From positions 16,191 through 80,190 of the IMG/VR virus record IMGVR_UViG_3300042375_000763: 64,000 nucleotides of DNA; one strand, 5' to 3'. This DNA is from a virus. Position 1 is the first letter of the stretch; the number at the start of each line of letters is the position of its first letter. The notes under the pieces are model-generated. The model was not told where the DNA came from. It did not search any database and was given only the letters and a program-made list of their open reading frames with translations. The position numbers and the translations under genes are program-made. Of the stretch, positions 19,572-28,362 are shown in pieces.

Positions 19572-19946
19572 TTAGTCTACATCAACCCAAGCAGTGATAT
19601 GCTTTAGATCGAGATTAGGGTTAGAGTATTTCTTTACAAGTGTGAGAACTCGAGGAAGTATGTTTTGGTAAAACAAATTTTCACGATCATATTTTCTCTT
19701 CTGTTCTACATTCTTGTATGCTTTACCAGCGATGTAAGCTCGGGCAAGAAATGTTGCTCTATTCTCATTACGTACGTTCCATCGACGGTGTTCGTTTAGA
19801 GAGAACCATTGGCTTCGTTCAGCTTCTTGGTCTTGCTCATTCTGCTTTTTCCATTCAATTTGTCGCTTGAGTTTGTTCTCTTCGTGACGAATGATACGTG
19901 CTTCAACACTGAGGTGCTTTGATTTTACTTTTAGTTCAATAGACAT
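19572..19946 (-). CDS. Conserved phage hypothetical protein
   Basis: LKVKSKHL..EARIIR, HRR..VR.ENRAT.LAR. Confidence 0.65.
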   Translation of the reverse strand: MSIELKVKSKHLSVEARIIRHEENKLKRQIEWKKQNEQDQEAERSQWFSLNEHRRWNVRNENRATFLARAYIAGKAYKNVEQKRKYDRENLFYQNILPRVLTLVKKYSNPNLDLKHITAWVDVD

Positions 19947-20006
19947 TATGTTCTCCTAACATTGATTTGATTTGTAACATTGGTAGTGTTAATATTCAAA
20001 CTACTG

Positions 20007-20237
20007 TTAGGGAGGTGCCCAATCTTCAATGATCGCATTATGATCACCGTCAATTTTCAGAATACACTTTTTAACCTTGATAGCACCTTTGGTACTTGGG
20101 TTATCAGGTGATTCCTTTGTGCTCCAGGACTTGTTACAGTCAACATGATTGACATAGTAGGTTTGTCCTTTTGCTTTTAGCACCCACATCGGTATGCTAG
20201 AATCTTCGAGGTGTTTCTTGTTGAAGTGGAAAACCAC
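20007..20237 (-). CDS. Hypothetical protein
   Basis: FHFNKKH..IPMWVLK..TYYVNHV; the start may lie further upstream. Confidence 0.55.
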   Translation of the reverse strand: MVFHFNKKHLEDSSIPMWVLKAKGQTYYVNHVDCNKSWSTKESPDNPSTKGAIKVKKCILKIDGDHNAIIEDWAPP

Positions 20238-20400
20238 ATCATCACACCTCAGTTCAACCTATAAAGACATTGTATTACCCTTTCGTTTAGTGTTAAGTTT
20301 CGGGTATGTGAACACTCCCCGCTCGCGTTTCAGCACTTAATATCAGAGACTCTCTGAGAGCTAATATTAAGTTGGCCGTCACATTCAGCACTGAAATTTA

Positions 20401-20476
20401 TGGTGACCCCAGTGGGACTCGAACCCACGACATTTGCTTTTAGAGAGCATGCTCTAACCATCTGAGCTACGGGATC
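20401..20476 (-). tRNA. tRNA with CTA anticodon (amber suppressor-like) on an Arg-like body
   Basis: GATCCCG/TGGGGTC-A-CCA; TGCT-CTCTAAA-AGCA (4-bp stem). Confidence 0.6.
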
Positions 20477-20481
20477 ATTAA

Positions 20482-20588
20482 CAGTTTGTGTGTCTACTTT
20501 TTTGGACAGAAAATCGAAAACTGTTGTGATCTTGTTGCCGAAGCTTACGACCTATGCTATGATTTTAATTGATTGCTGTACACAAACT
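20482..20588 (-). ncRNA. Stem-UACAGCAA motif RNA, copy 1
   Basis: AGTTTGT-G-TACAGCAA...ACAAACT-G. Confidence 0.65.
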
Positions 20589-20601
20589 TGAAATTTTGTT
20601 T

Positions 20602-20676
20602 TGGTGCTGATGATGAGGATCGAACTCATGACCTCTTCATTACCAATGAAGTGCACTACCGCTGTGCTACATCAGC
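20602..20676 (-). tRNA. tRNA-Thr(GGT)
   Basis: Loop TTGGTAA. Confidence 0.92.
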
Positions 20677-21361
20677 ATTATTGTTTACTTCAAACGAAGC
20701 AACCATTTAACAATATGTGTTACACCAAGATCCATATTAGGTTGAGGTGCAAGACGACCCGCCTTTGGAGTATCAATGTAACGCTGAATTGGATTAGTCA
20801 TGATTATGTCTTTCAATTATTTATTACCACTTGAACTTCGGGTTGTTTGTGAATGTAGTTGTAGTACTATTGATTTGTGAATCAATCTTGAAGTTTGTAC
20901 TACCAGTAATATTAAAACTTCGGTTGAAATTGGTCACACCGTTGTTATATGAAAATGTTTGTAAAAAATTTCCACGACTTGAAGAAGGAGTATCAGACCT
21001 AAGTTGAATTGTAACCTTTGATCCAATGTTTGATGCAAATTGTGAAACACTATTTGAAGTGCTAAATGATGTCTGTGCAGGTGCTTGCATTGGAAATAGT
21101 GTGACTGCAAGCACCAAAAATACTTTTTTCATTTCATTTACTCGGCACTGTCGCAAGTTGCATCCAGAGAGGCATCAACTGCGGAAGGAACGTGGTCAAA
21201 ATACAGATAGAAAGAGTCGATAGAACCATTGAAGGGACTAGAAGAGTTTTCTCGTGCATGGAGACAAAAACTGCTGGAACTTTAAAAGCAACTGCGAGAT
21301 TTTTCATTTGGTTTCCTTTGTTTGTGTTTATATTATTAATATATACCAAAATTGTGAAATG

Positions 21362-21610
21362 TCAACCGATTCTTTTCAGATATTCGTATGTTTCTTCGTA
21401 TGTTTTAAACAATTTAGTTCCATGTTTACTTACCACTCTCACAGAAGAACCGAAACATTGGACTAGACCGAAACCTGGGTAACGGCCATTACCAAGAAAC
21501 CTCGTGTTCCATCTTGTTCTTCTAGGAACAGGATCATGGTAATTATGATCTATTTTTAGTATTTCAGCACAGTTCTCGTAGAACTCACGCTTTTCATCTA
21601 GTGTTTTCAC
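21362..21610 (-). CDS. Hypothetical protein
   Basis: RTRWN.R..GNGRYPGFG. Confidence 0.55.
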   Translation of the reverse strand: MKTLDEKREFYENCAEILKIDHNYHDPVPRRTRWNTRFLGNGRYPGFGLVQCFGSSVRVVSKHGTKLFKTYEETYEYLKRIG

Positions 21611-21837
21611 TTTTTACTTTCAATTTATTTTGCTTGATGAAGGTTGCAATGTCACTCGGGCGGACGCGAACTTCGCGGTCCGATATTACGTATCCAACCT
21701 CGTTGTTTTGATATGCACCAACACCTCTGATCTTCGTGTGAGTTTTTCCAATGGAATACTCGAACACATTGCCGTCTACTTCAAGTTTACGGTAACTCAT
21801 TTTTAATTCTCCTTGCGGGTTGCTAGCATTATTGCTA

Positions 21838-21943
21838 TGGGGTTTCTGGTGGGATTCGAACCCACGTCCCGCAGAGCCAGTTCTTTTTCGGTGTATCTTA
21901 CCATCATAGCTGGGGTGCCCTTCTACCGCTGAATTACAGAAAC
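21838..21943 (-). ncRNA. tRNA-like RNA with enlarged anticodon domain
   Basis: GTTTCTG/CAGAAAC-C-CCA, normal D and T arms, about 50 nt in place of the anticodon arm. Confidence 0.7.
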
Positions 21944-21953
21944 ATGTATTTGG

Positions 21954-22038
21954 TGGTGCCCCTACCCGGACTCGAACCGGGACTCCTTTCGGAAACAAAT
22001 TTTGAGTCTGCCGCGACTGCCAATTTCACCATAGGGGC
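21954..22038 (-). tRNA. tRNA-Leu(CAA)
   Basis: Loop CTCAAAA, long variable arm. Confidence 0.9.
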
Positions 22039-22044
22039 ATTAGT

Positions 22045-22109
22045 CAGGATGGTTTTTGAGCGTTTACAAATTAAATGTTTGTTGCTTTCTTTTTTGCTGA
22101 ACCCATCCT
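22045..22109 (-). ncRNA. Motif RNA, copy 2
   Basis: AGGATGG-G-TTCAGCAA...CCATCCT-G. Confidence 0.7.
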
Positions 22110-22119
22110 TGGGTCTTTA

Positions 22120-22199
22120 CAGGATCAATTGTGGAATTGAACCACTTATTCAAATTTTGAAGATTTGTTTTTATCCAGATTGTTTACTGAACTGATCCT
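22120..22199 (-). ncRNA. Motif RNA, copy 3 (encloses UCA anticodon arm and T arm)
   Basis: AGGATCA-G-TTCAGTAA..CAAAT-CTTCAAA-ATTTG..GTGG-TTCAATT-CCAC..TGATCCT-G. Confidence 0.7.
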
Positions 22200-22271
22200 T
22201 TTATTTAATATGAACCAATACCTCTTTTGACTTTGCCCACAATATTTTCAAAATGTCAACAATTCTTTTAC

Positions 22272-22538
22272 TTATGCTTCTGGATCTTCATCAAGTTTTT
22301 TACAAAACCCTTCAGCATAAATTTGTTCAGGGAAACCAAGCACGAAGAATGTTGTCTCATTTAATGAACCTTCTGTCACTTCCAAAACCATCTGTCTAGC
22401 TCGAATACCACAATTTTCTTCTGTTTTATATGGACCCCATGTATCATTTGAAAAAAAACACATGTCTTCGTATATTTGAAATGTAGTACTTGCAGCACAG
22501 ATAATCACAAAAGCTTGAAACATTAAACTATCTTTCAT
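22272..22538 (-). CDS. Hypothetical Cys-containing protein
   Basis: ORF track. Confidence 0.5.
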   Translation of the reverse strand: MKDSLMFQAFVIICAASTTFQIYEDMCFFSNDTWGPYKTEENCGIRARQMVLEVTEGSLNETTFFVLGFPEQIYAEGFCKKLDEDPEA

Positions 22539-22648
22539 GTTGGATAGAATTATTTATATTTGGTCGGTCTCTCCCTGGTGTCACACCTTTGCAGAGCGGT
22601 CTCTACAACCGTAAAGGATGCTTCGATGTTTGCAGAGCCTTTGGATTT

Positions 22649-22730
22649 TGGTACTCGCGATAGGACTCGAACCTACATCTTACCTCCAGTTAGCTTTGGC
22701 ACCGTTCGTAGCGGTGGGGCGTACGCGAGC
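22649..22730 (-). tRNA. tRNA-Arg(ACG) lacking a D arm
   Basis: GCTCGCG/CGCGAGT-A-CCA; CACCG-CTACGAA-CGGTG; intact T arm. Confidence 0.7.
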
Positions 22731-22738
22731 ATTATAAG

Positions 22739-22798
22739 CAGGATCATTTGTTTTTCAAACCAAAATTGAAATTTTCGCTTGTTTGCGGAACTGATCCT
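22739..22798 (-). ncRNA. Motif RNA, copy 4
   Basis: AGGATCA-G-TTCCGCAA..TTTCAA-7nt-TTGAAA..TGATCCT-G. Confidence 0.7.
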
Positions 22799-22920
22799 TT
22801 TAGAATTATTTATATCGGTTTGTCGCAGACACCGTAAAACTGCTTCCGATTGACTAGACGCAGAGCATCACCTCTGTAGGACCGGTGTCCCGAAACCGCC
22901 ATTGTACAATCTTCTAAATT

Positions 22921-22995
22921 TGGTCCTAGGTAGAGGATTCGAACCTCATCTTCCTCAGTCACAGTGAGGAGTGCAACCATTACACCTTACCTAGG
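22921..22995 (-). tRNA. tRNA-His(GTG), A73 and no G-1
   Basis: Loop CTGTGAC; CCTAGGT/ACCTAGG-A-CCA. Confidence 0.85.
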
Positions 22996-23004
22996 ATAAA
23001 AATA

Positions 23005-23220
23005 TTACTCTTTGCTATTAACAGCAGAAGCAACTCGTGTTGCAATTTCAATCTGCTTCTCTTCTGTTTTACCAAGAATTAGTAGTAAAATTGTAGATAG
23101 CAGTCCAAAAATTGCACCACCTACAGCCCATCCAATTGCATTACGGCCACGTTCGGTAGCAAGATAGTGATTCAACCATGCCATAAGAGCAGCTGTAATT
23201 AGAATTACTAAAAGTTCCAT
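23005..23220 (-). CDS. Small membrane protein
   Basis: Two hydrophobic segments, RGRNAIGW. Confidence 0.65.
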   Translation of the reverse strand: MELLVILITAALMAWLNHYLATERGRNAIGWAVGGAIFGLLSTILLLILGKTEEKQIEIATRVASAVNSKE

Positions 23221-23252
23221 ATATTTTCTTTCTATTCATGATCATATAAATT

Positions 23253-23327
23253 TGGCTGGGGGAGGAGGGCTCGAACCTCCGACATCCTGATTCAAAGTCA
23301 GGCGCTCTACCACTGAACTATCCCCCA
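23253..23327 (-). tRNA. tRNA-Gln(TTG)
   Basis: Loop CTTTGAA, U1-A72, G73. Confidence 0.93.
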
Positions 23328-23378
23328 ACGAATTGGTACTCGGTTATATTATTAGTATAAACCGATTCTATAGAAATG

Positions 23379-23633
23379 TCAATCGTTAATCCAATTCTTC
23401 ATCCAACCTTTACCTTCAGGTCGTTCTACAACGGCAAACACCGAGTCTTTATGAACTGACCAATTGGTACCTGGTGTGTATGAACCTTTTTCTTCAACAC
23501 CTTTAAAAGACATTTTATTCACCTTTGTCACTTTAACCCAAGCACCGTGACCACCACGATTGCGGCATGGAACAAATACTTCGGTTCCTACAGTAATATC
23601 AAATTCTTTACCGTAGATTGAAGTGACTTTCAT
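23379..23633 (-). CDS. Early hypothetical protein
   Basis: After an early promoter. Confidence 0.55.
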   Translation of the reverse strand: MKVTSIYGKEFDITVGTEVFVPCRNRGGHGAWVKVTKVNKMSFKGVEEKGSYTPGTNWSVHKDSVFAVVERPEGKGWMKNWIND

Positions 23634-23802
23634 CGTGTTTCCTTTTCATTCCGTATATTATTAGTATAAACTGATTCTATACGAATGTCAACAGAAAATG
23701 TTTGTCTGTCACTCTCCAGACTGCCACCCATAAAATAATATTGCATCACAGTTTCAGGGTCACGATGCAAGGGTATCGTCTCTCTTTAAGAGACTCTAAT
23801 AT

Positions 23803-23916
23803 CAGGATCATTTATTTGCCGGTTGCCTTTACCATTTGGCCACAAAGATCTTGTGTGATCTAAGGTAGGACTTGAACCTACAATCTACTGGTTGTTAAAA
23901 TTGCTGTATTGATCCT
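23803..23916 (-). ncRNA. Motif RNA, copy 5 (YrlA-like permuted tRNA: T arm, closed acceptor stem, D arm)
   Basis: AGGATCA-A-TACAGCAA..GTAGG-TTCAAGT-CCTAC..AGATC/GATCT..GCC-AAATGGTAAA-GGC..TGATCCT-G. Confidence 0.8.
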
Positions 23917-23922
23917 TAAACT

Positions 23923-23997
23923 TGGAGCGGACGATGAGATTCGAACTCACGACCTGATGCTTGGCAAGCATCTGCTCTACCACTGAGCTACGTCCGC
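23923..23997 (-). tRNA. tRNA-Gly(GCC)
   Basis: Loop TTGCCAA, U73. Confidence 0.94.
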
Positions 23998-24096
23998 AAT
24001 ATAAAATACAATGGAATAATGAGTGAGGTAGCGAACCATCATCTTGTTAATTTCCGTATCTAGACTTCTAAAACTCAGATACAACCATTGTAATCT

Positions 24097-24173
<77 letters not shown>

Positions 24174-24180
24174 ATAAACT

Positions 24181-24344
24181 TTATAATTGAAAGAACGCTA
24201 TAGGGTAATTAATCCTATTCGAGGACGCTGTTTGCAACCAACGTTTGATCCTAACTTTTGTGTTACAGATTCGAACTGTCCCTGCCAGCAAAGGCCGTGC
24301 ATCCATTTACACCTTACGCTACTTGTCTGTTCCTTCAATAATAA
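24181..24344 (-). ncRNA. Structured RNA with D-like and T-like arms (homologue of 29886-30067)
   Basis: Terminal inverted repeat; shared blocks AAGTAG, GGTG..GGAT.GCACG, GTTCGAATC, AAAAG.T.GGATC, GGTT..AAACAG. Confidence 0.6.
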
Positions 24345-24371
24345 AGTCTGTAATTTATTATGTTTATTTTT

Positions 24372-24390
24372 CTAAATTGTCAAAGAGCGG
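24372..24390 (-). promoter_or_regulatory. rrn-type boxA antitermination site
   Basis: GCTCTTTGACAATTTAG just after an early promoter. Confidence 0.7.
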
Positions 24391-24426
24391 TTATTAAGTT
24401 TACCATATACTGATTCTGTGTGTTTG

Positions 24427-24732
24427 TCAACCGAAAAGTTGTTCGGTAATCACGTTAATTTCCTTCGAAGATTGCTTACGAGCTTTACCTTCAAGAGAAG
24501 CATCATAGTCTTTGTAAGCAACTTCAACCTTATAACCAAGTTCATCACCTGATTGTTCACCGATAAACATCATTTCATAAAGACATTTGACGGTGACTTT
24601 CAGACTTTCTTTAGAACCATCATGAGACATTTCCATGATATTGGCGACCGATCTACGACCGTCTTCATCAGACTCAATCCAAAGTACACGGATTGCAGTA
24701 TCGGAAGCTTTTTCGAAGATGTATTGGTTCAT
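24427..24732 (-). CDS. Early hypothetical protein
   Basis: Between two early promoters. Confidence 0.55.
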   Translation of the reverse strand: MNQYIFEKASDTAIRVLWIESDEDGRRSVANIMEMSHDGSKESLKVTVKCLYEMMFIGEQSGDELGYKVEVAYKDYDASLEGKARKQSSKEINVITEQLFG

Positions 24733-24797
24733 GTTCGGTTCCTTTCCTTATATAATCAATATATACTGATTCTGTAAGGATGTCAACCATTATTTTT

Positions 24798-25018
24798 CTG
24801 GATCAACTTTTTGCGTAACCTGCTCTACTACCTGAGCTACTCTCCCATCAAAGATACTGCACGCTAGTTTATACCCAATTGTCTCGCCATATAAGCCTAT
24901 TAATATCTTATACAAGAAAGGTTGTCATAAACTAACAGTATCCGTGGTGGGAGAGGAAGGATTTGAACCTCCGACACGGCCCATTTCAAGGATGCTAATT
25001 TGTTGCTGTAATGATCCA
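24798..25018 (-). ncRNA. Motif RNA, copy 6 (permuted Phe-like tRNA with internal CCA and 98-nt insert)
   Basis: TGGATCA-T-TACAGCAA..T arm-CTCTCCC-ACCA-[98 nt]-GGGAGAG-D arm..TGATCCA-G. Confidence 0.8.
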
Positions 25019-25126
25019 TTTTGTATTTGTCAAGCCAGAGCGTCACCAGTGTCGTGGATAGAATGTCTATAGTCACCTATATAAACTCAATCCATGATAC
25101 CTGGCTATCATCTGGCTGTCAGGAAT

Positions 25127-25199
25127 TGGAGCGGGTAGCCGGAATCGAACCGGTCTCCTGCAGATTGGAAATCTGATTGGTTGCCATAACCTTACCCGC
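25127..25199 (-). tRNA. tRNA-Gly(TCC)
   Basis: Loop TTTCCAA, U73. Confidence 0.8.
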
Positions 25200-25205
25200 A
25201 TTGAT

Positions 25206-25280
25206 TGGTCAGTGTGACAAGGATTGAACTTGCGACTTCTAGTTTCCAAAACTAGCACTCTACCACTGAGCTACACACTG
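25206..25280 (-). tRNA. tRNA-Pro(TGG), A37 variant
   Basis: Loop TTTGGAA, C1-G72. Confidence 0.88.
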
Positions 25281-25389
25281 ATATTCGTACTCCGAGGGTC
25301 TGAATCTCGGGAGCCGAGGAAGAGAGGGATAACCTTCAAAGCCAATACAGACAATAGGCTCGGGTCAGTGCGCTTTTCTTCCTAATAAT

Positions 25390-25473
25390 TGGTGCCCAGA
25401 GAGGGATTTGAACCCTCACGCAATTAAGCGCCACCTACTCAAGATGGTGTGTCTACCGTTTCACCACCTGGGC
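25390..25473 (-). tRNA. tRNA-Leu(GAG), U37
   Basis: Loop TTGAGTA, long variable arm. Confidence 0.88.
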
Positions 25474-25475
25474 AT

Positions 25476-25721
25476 TTAAATTATGCGCGGCGATGGCCAT
25501 AGACCACGCATACAAATAATGTAGTGCAGTCCGTCCATCGGTGCTTGTAGTTTGGGAAGAGCAAAATTGTGGCCGACGGTGCCACCATAAGTATTCCCAA
25601 CTAAAGCATAAATTGCTTGTTCTTCATTTACATTTAAAAGTCTACCATCACATGGTAGATAACCTTCTGGTGCATAATTAAATGCTACAAGTTTAACAGT
25701 ACCTAATAGTTCTTCGTCCAT
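25476..25721 (-). CDS. Stand-alone phage tail-collar domain protein
   Basis: LGTVKLVAFNYAPEGYLPCDG..L.GNTYGG..FALP. Confidence 0.8.
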   Translation of the reverse strand: MDEELLGTVKLVAFNYAPEGYLPCDGRLLNVNEEQAIYALVGNTYGGTVGHNFALPKLQAPMDGLHYIICMRGLWPSPRII

Positions 25722-25747
25722 ATTTTTTCCTTCATATCAAAGTATAA

Positions 25748-25822
25748 TGGTAGTCCGTAAAGGGATCAAACCTTTGACCTTCTCCGTGTAAAGGAGTTGC
25801 TCTATCGCTGAGCTAACGGACC
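25748..25822 (-). tRNA. tRNA-Val(TAC)
   Basis: Loop TTTACAC; D loop GA and T loop TTT (A19-U56). Confidence 0.88.
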
Positions 25823-25829
25823 GTTATTT

Positions 25830-25913
25830 TGGTGCGCCTGGAGGGACTTGAACCCCCACGCCCGAAGGCACTGCATTCTAAGTGCAGCGTGGCTGCCATT
25901 ACACCACAAGCGC
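25830..25913 (-). tRNA. tRNA-Leu(TAG)
   Basis: Loop CTTAGAA. Confidence 0.9.
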
Positions 25914-25921
25914 ATAAACTT

Positions 25922-25997
25922 TGGCTGCCCCTCGTGGACTCGAACCACGGTTTCCTGATTCAGAGTCAGGCGTCCTACCGGCATAGACGAAGGGGCA
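25922..25997 (-). tRNA. tRNA-Gln(CTG)
   Basis: Loop CTCTGAA. Confidence 0.92.
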
Positions 25998-26046
25998 AAA
26001 ATTTCAGCCGGAAATTCTTTAGTCAGGCGCCGGATCGCCTCGTTAA

Positions 26047-26128
26047 TGGTGTCAATCAAGGAATTGAACCTTGTCATAGCGTGACATGACGCCTGTGATA
26101 TCTGTGCTGTTAGCAAACCTGCATTGAC
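26047..26128 (-). ncRNA. tRNA-like RNA, identity unclear
   Basis: GTCAAT/ATTGAC-A-CCA and T arm; non-canonical D and anticodon regions. Confidence 0.5.
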
Positions 26129-26136
26129 ATGTTTAT

Positions 26137-26212
26137 TGGTGGACCATGACGGTAACGATCCGTCTCTTCCGCATTGCAAGTGCGGTGTGCTACCCTCTAT
26201 CACTAATGGCCC
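26137..26212 (-). tRNA. tRNA-Ala(TGC)
   Basis: Loop CTTGCAA, G3-U70. Confidence 0.88.
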
Positions 26213-26312
26213 ATAAATTCTGCTGGTTCTCACGTTGTCGAACCGAATGCTGTCTAGAATTTCGACCCGTGCTGGATTTACAGCATCTAAGGTATCTAGA
26301 TCAAACTCAAAT

Positions 26313-26399
26313 TGGACAAGGAGCGGGAAGTTGAACCCACCAGCACGAACCGATATTACCAGTATCATTATCATGCATGCCTGACGCCACCTTTCTTGC
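26313..26399 (-). ncRNA. tRNA-like RNA with extended anticodon arm (GGT loop)
   Basis: GCATGA..GATA-CTGGTAA-TATC..TCGTGC; T arm; CCA end. Confidence 0.5.
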
Positions 26400-26570
26400 A
26401 AACTCTGGTAAAGTCTGCGGTACTTGGATCATCACCCCGTTGGTGCCTACGTTTGCCTCGACCAAATGGGAAGCGAGCATAGGACTTAGTTGATATAGAC
26501 TGGGCTGGTTTGCCGACTTGACCTATCTCTAGGGTCACACTCATAAGGGGTGACTATATCCAGTCTATTT

Positions 26571-26646
26571 TGGTGGATCTTATCAGTCTCGAACTGATTA
26601 CCACGGACTTCCGCCCAGTGCTTTACCCATCTTAAGCTAAAGACCC
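26571..26646 (-). ncRNA. Anticodon-less tRNA-Ala mimic
   Basis: GGGTCTT/AAGATCC-A-CCA (G3-U70); anticodon arm GGGC-GGAA-GTCC. Confidence 0.7.
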
Positions 26647-26652
26647 AATGTT

Positions 26653-26729
26653 TGGTTGCGGGAGAAGGATTTGAACCTTCGACCTCTTGGTTATGAGCCA
26701 AGCGAGCTACCGGACTGCTCTATCCCGCA
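26653..26729 (-). tRNA. tRNA-Met(CAT), initiator-like
   Basis: fMet-type D arm GAGCAGTCCGGTAGCTC; loop CTCATAA. Confidence 0.88.
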
Positions 26730-26874
26730 AAAATCTATTTGTTACCTAGTCCTTTCGATTGACAGCCGCTAAACCAATCAATCTGGGTTCTGTCCGATTT
26801 TGACTCAAGTTGAAAGTTGCCATGGCAACCGCTCTCTATTGTCCCAGTAACACGTCCACCCAAAGTCCATTGAT

Positions 26875-26948
26875 TGGCGCACCTGACGGGACTCGAACCC
26901 GCCTTCACGGTTAGACAGACCGCGGCCTTCCCTGACGGCAACAGGTGC
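26875..26948 (-). tRNA. tRNA-Asp(GTC), U37
   Basis: Loop CTGTCTA, G73. Confidence 0.85.
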
Positions 26949-26957
26949 ATTGTATTT

Positions 26958-27032
26958 TGGCTCCTCAGACAGGATTCGAACCTATATTGAACAGATTAAC
27001 AATCTGGAGCCTTACCTATCGGCCACTGAGGA
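26958..27032 (-). tRNA. tRNA-Asn(GTT)
   Basis: Loop TTGTTAA. Confidence 0.8.
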
Positions 27033-27531
27033 ACAATTCTTTTATATTTTCTTTATAAACCCATTCACCTTTTGCAATGTTAATTTTATAATGAGTTAGA
27101 TAATATCTTTCTTCTTCTCTTGCATTTTCAACAACACGGTAATGTTCAACTTTATATCTTTTCATCGGATCATATGTTTGATAAGATCTTAAACGATTTA
27201 CGAGATTTTTGGTCATACCAATTTTAATAAAACCATCAAAAGCAGGATTACTAATTAAATAAACAATTCCACTTTTTGTTTTTGTCTTTGATTTATTAGT
27301 TTTTACTTCTTCTATTTCTTCTCTTTGTAAATTTAATTTCAACAAAGATAAACCAGCTAATTTTAAAGCATAATTTTTATTAGAATTTGTTTTTGTATCA
27401 CCATTGCCAGAATATTTTGAATATAAAGATACATAGTCTTCTTTCATACTATGGGTAATATCAAATATACCATTCGGTGGCAATGCATCTGTTTCAATCA
27501 TCTCATAAAAAATAAAACTATCAAACTTCAC
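27016..27531 (-). CDS. GIY-YIG (T5orf172-like) domain protein in the tRNA cluster
   Basis: GIVYLISNPAF..IKIGMT..RL..YQT..P, KGEW. Confidence 0.75.
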   Translation of the reverse strand: MKFDSFIFYEMIETDALPPNGIFDITHSMKEDYVSLYSKYSGNGDTKTNSNKNYALKLAGLSLLKLNLQREEIEEVKTNKSKTKTKSGIVYLISNPAFDGFIKIGMTKNLVNRLRSYQTYDPMKRYKVEHYRVVENAREEERYYLTHYKINIAKGEWVYKENIKELFLSGR

Positions 27532-27548
27532 AATATACTTTCTATATT

Positions 27549-27623
27549 TGGCAGGGGCCGCGAGAGTCGAACTCGCTTCTCAAGGTTTTGGAGGCCCGCG
27601 GATTACCGGTTTCCCTGACCCCT
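27549..27623 (-). tRNA. tRNA-Trp(CCA)
   Basis: Loop CTCCAAA, G73. Confidence 0.85.
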
Positions 27624-27634
27624 GCATTTAATTT

Positions 27635-27710
27635 TGGCTCCCAGTGACGGGCTCGAACCGCCGACCCAAGGATTAACAATCCTTTGCTCTACCAACTGAG
27701 CTAACTGGGA
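27635..27710 (-). tRNA. tRNA-Asn(GTT)
   Basis: Loop TTGTTAA, canonical. Confidence 0.94.
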
Positions 27711-27717
27711 ACATTAT

Positions 27718-27840
27718 CTCTGTTTTCAGCTAAGGGTCACCAAGGAATTGAACCTTGCGTTCACTTTGTCGGAAGCTGCCGAAATCGCCGACACGATTAG
27801 GGCACTCACGGACCATCATGACCCTCATGTGAAAACAGAG
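27718..27840 (-). ncRNA. tRNA-like RNA clamped by TCTGTTTTCA/TGAAAACAGA stem
   Basis: AGGGTCA/TGACCCT acceptor-like stem and T arm, no CCA. Confidence 0.55.
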
Positions 27841-27941
27841 AGTATTCAATCTGGTCTTATCGGTTTGTCCGAGCCAGATAATCTCTGTTTTGTTTTTGTA
27901 AATCACGGTTTACAGTTTCATCAACTAACGTGATCAGATTT

Positions 27942-27958
27942 CTAAATTGTCAAAGAGC
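27942..27958 (-). promoter_or_regulatory. boxA
   Basis: GCTCTTTGACAATTTAG. Confidence 0.7.
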
Positions 27959-28362
27959 AAGATTAACATTCATCAACAAGACACTCATCACCCAGATTAG
28001 CATAGTCAAAGTCTGGGATATATTCCACTTCGATCCAACCTTTTTGGCGAAGCGAGAGCGCCTCATACCAATAGCAAGTAACTTTTTCCTTAGTAATTAC
28101 ATTTTGCATTACGTAGGTTTCCATATTATTTCCTTTGGTTGGTTATAAGTTTAGTATAAACTGATTCTTACAGATTGTCAACCAATTTTCCGCGGATATT
28201 TTCAAGACCTTTATCTTTGATAACGGTCAACAGTTCCATGCAAGCATTGGATTTTTCAATCTCACCTGCAAGGAGAAAATCAGCAGCATTACGAGCAAGA
28301 CGTTCAATCAGTTTGGTCATTGTCATGTTTCGGTTTCCTTTGTGTTACCTTATATATTTAAA

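Noticed and set aside
22120-22199. Selenocysteine or opal suppressor tRNA (UCA loop)
   Set aside because: No acceptor stem with CCA and no Sec architecture; treated as cargo of the motif RNA.
25073-26950. ORF-track ORFs such as 25802-26401, 26486-26701 and 26735-26950
   Set aside because: They run through stacked tRNA genes and structured RNAs and have no protein motifs.
27963-28124. Third attenuator leader before boxA at 27942
   Set aside because: The ~53-codon ORF has no downstream terminator/antiterminator pair and no codon match to the cluster; likely a small early gene.
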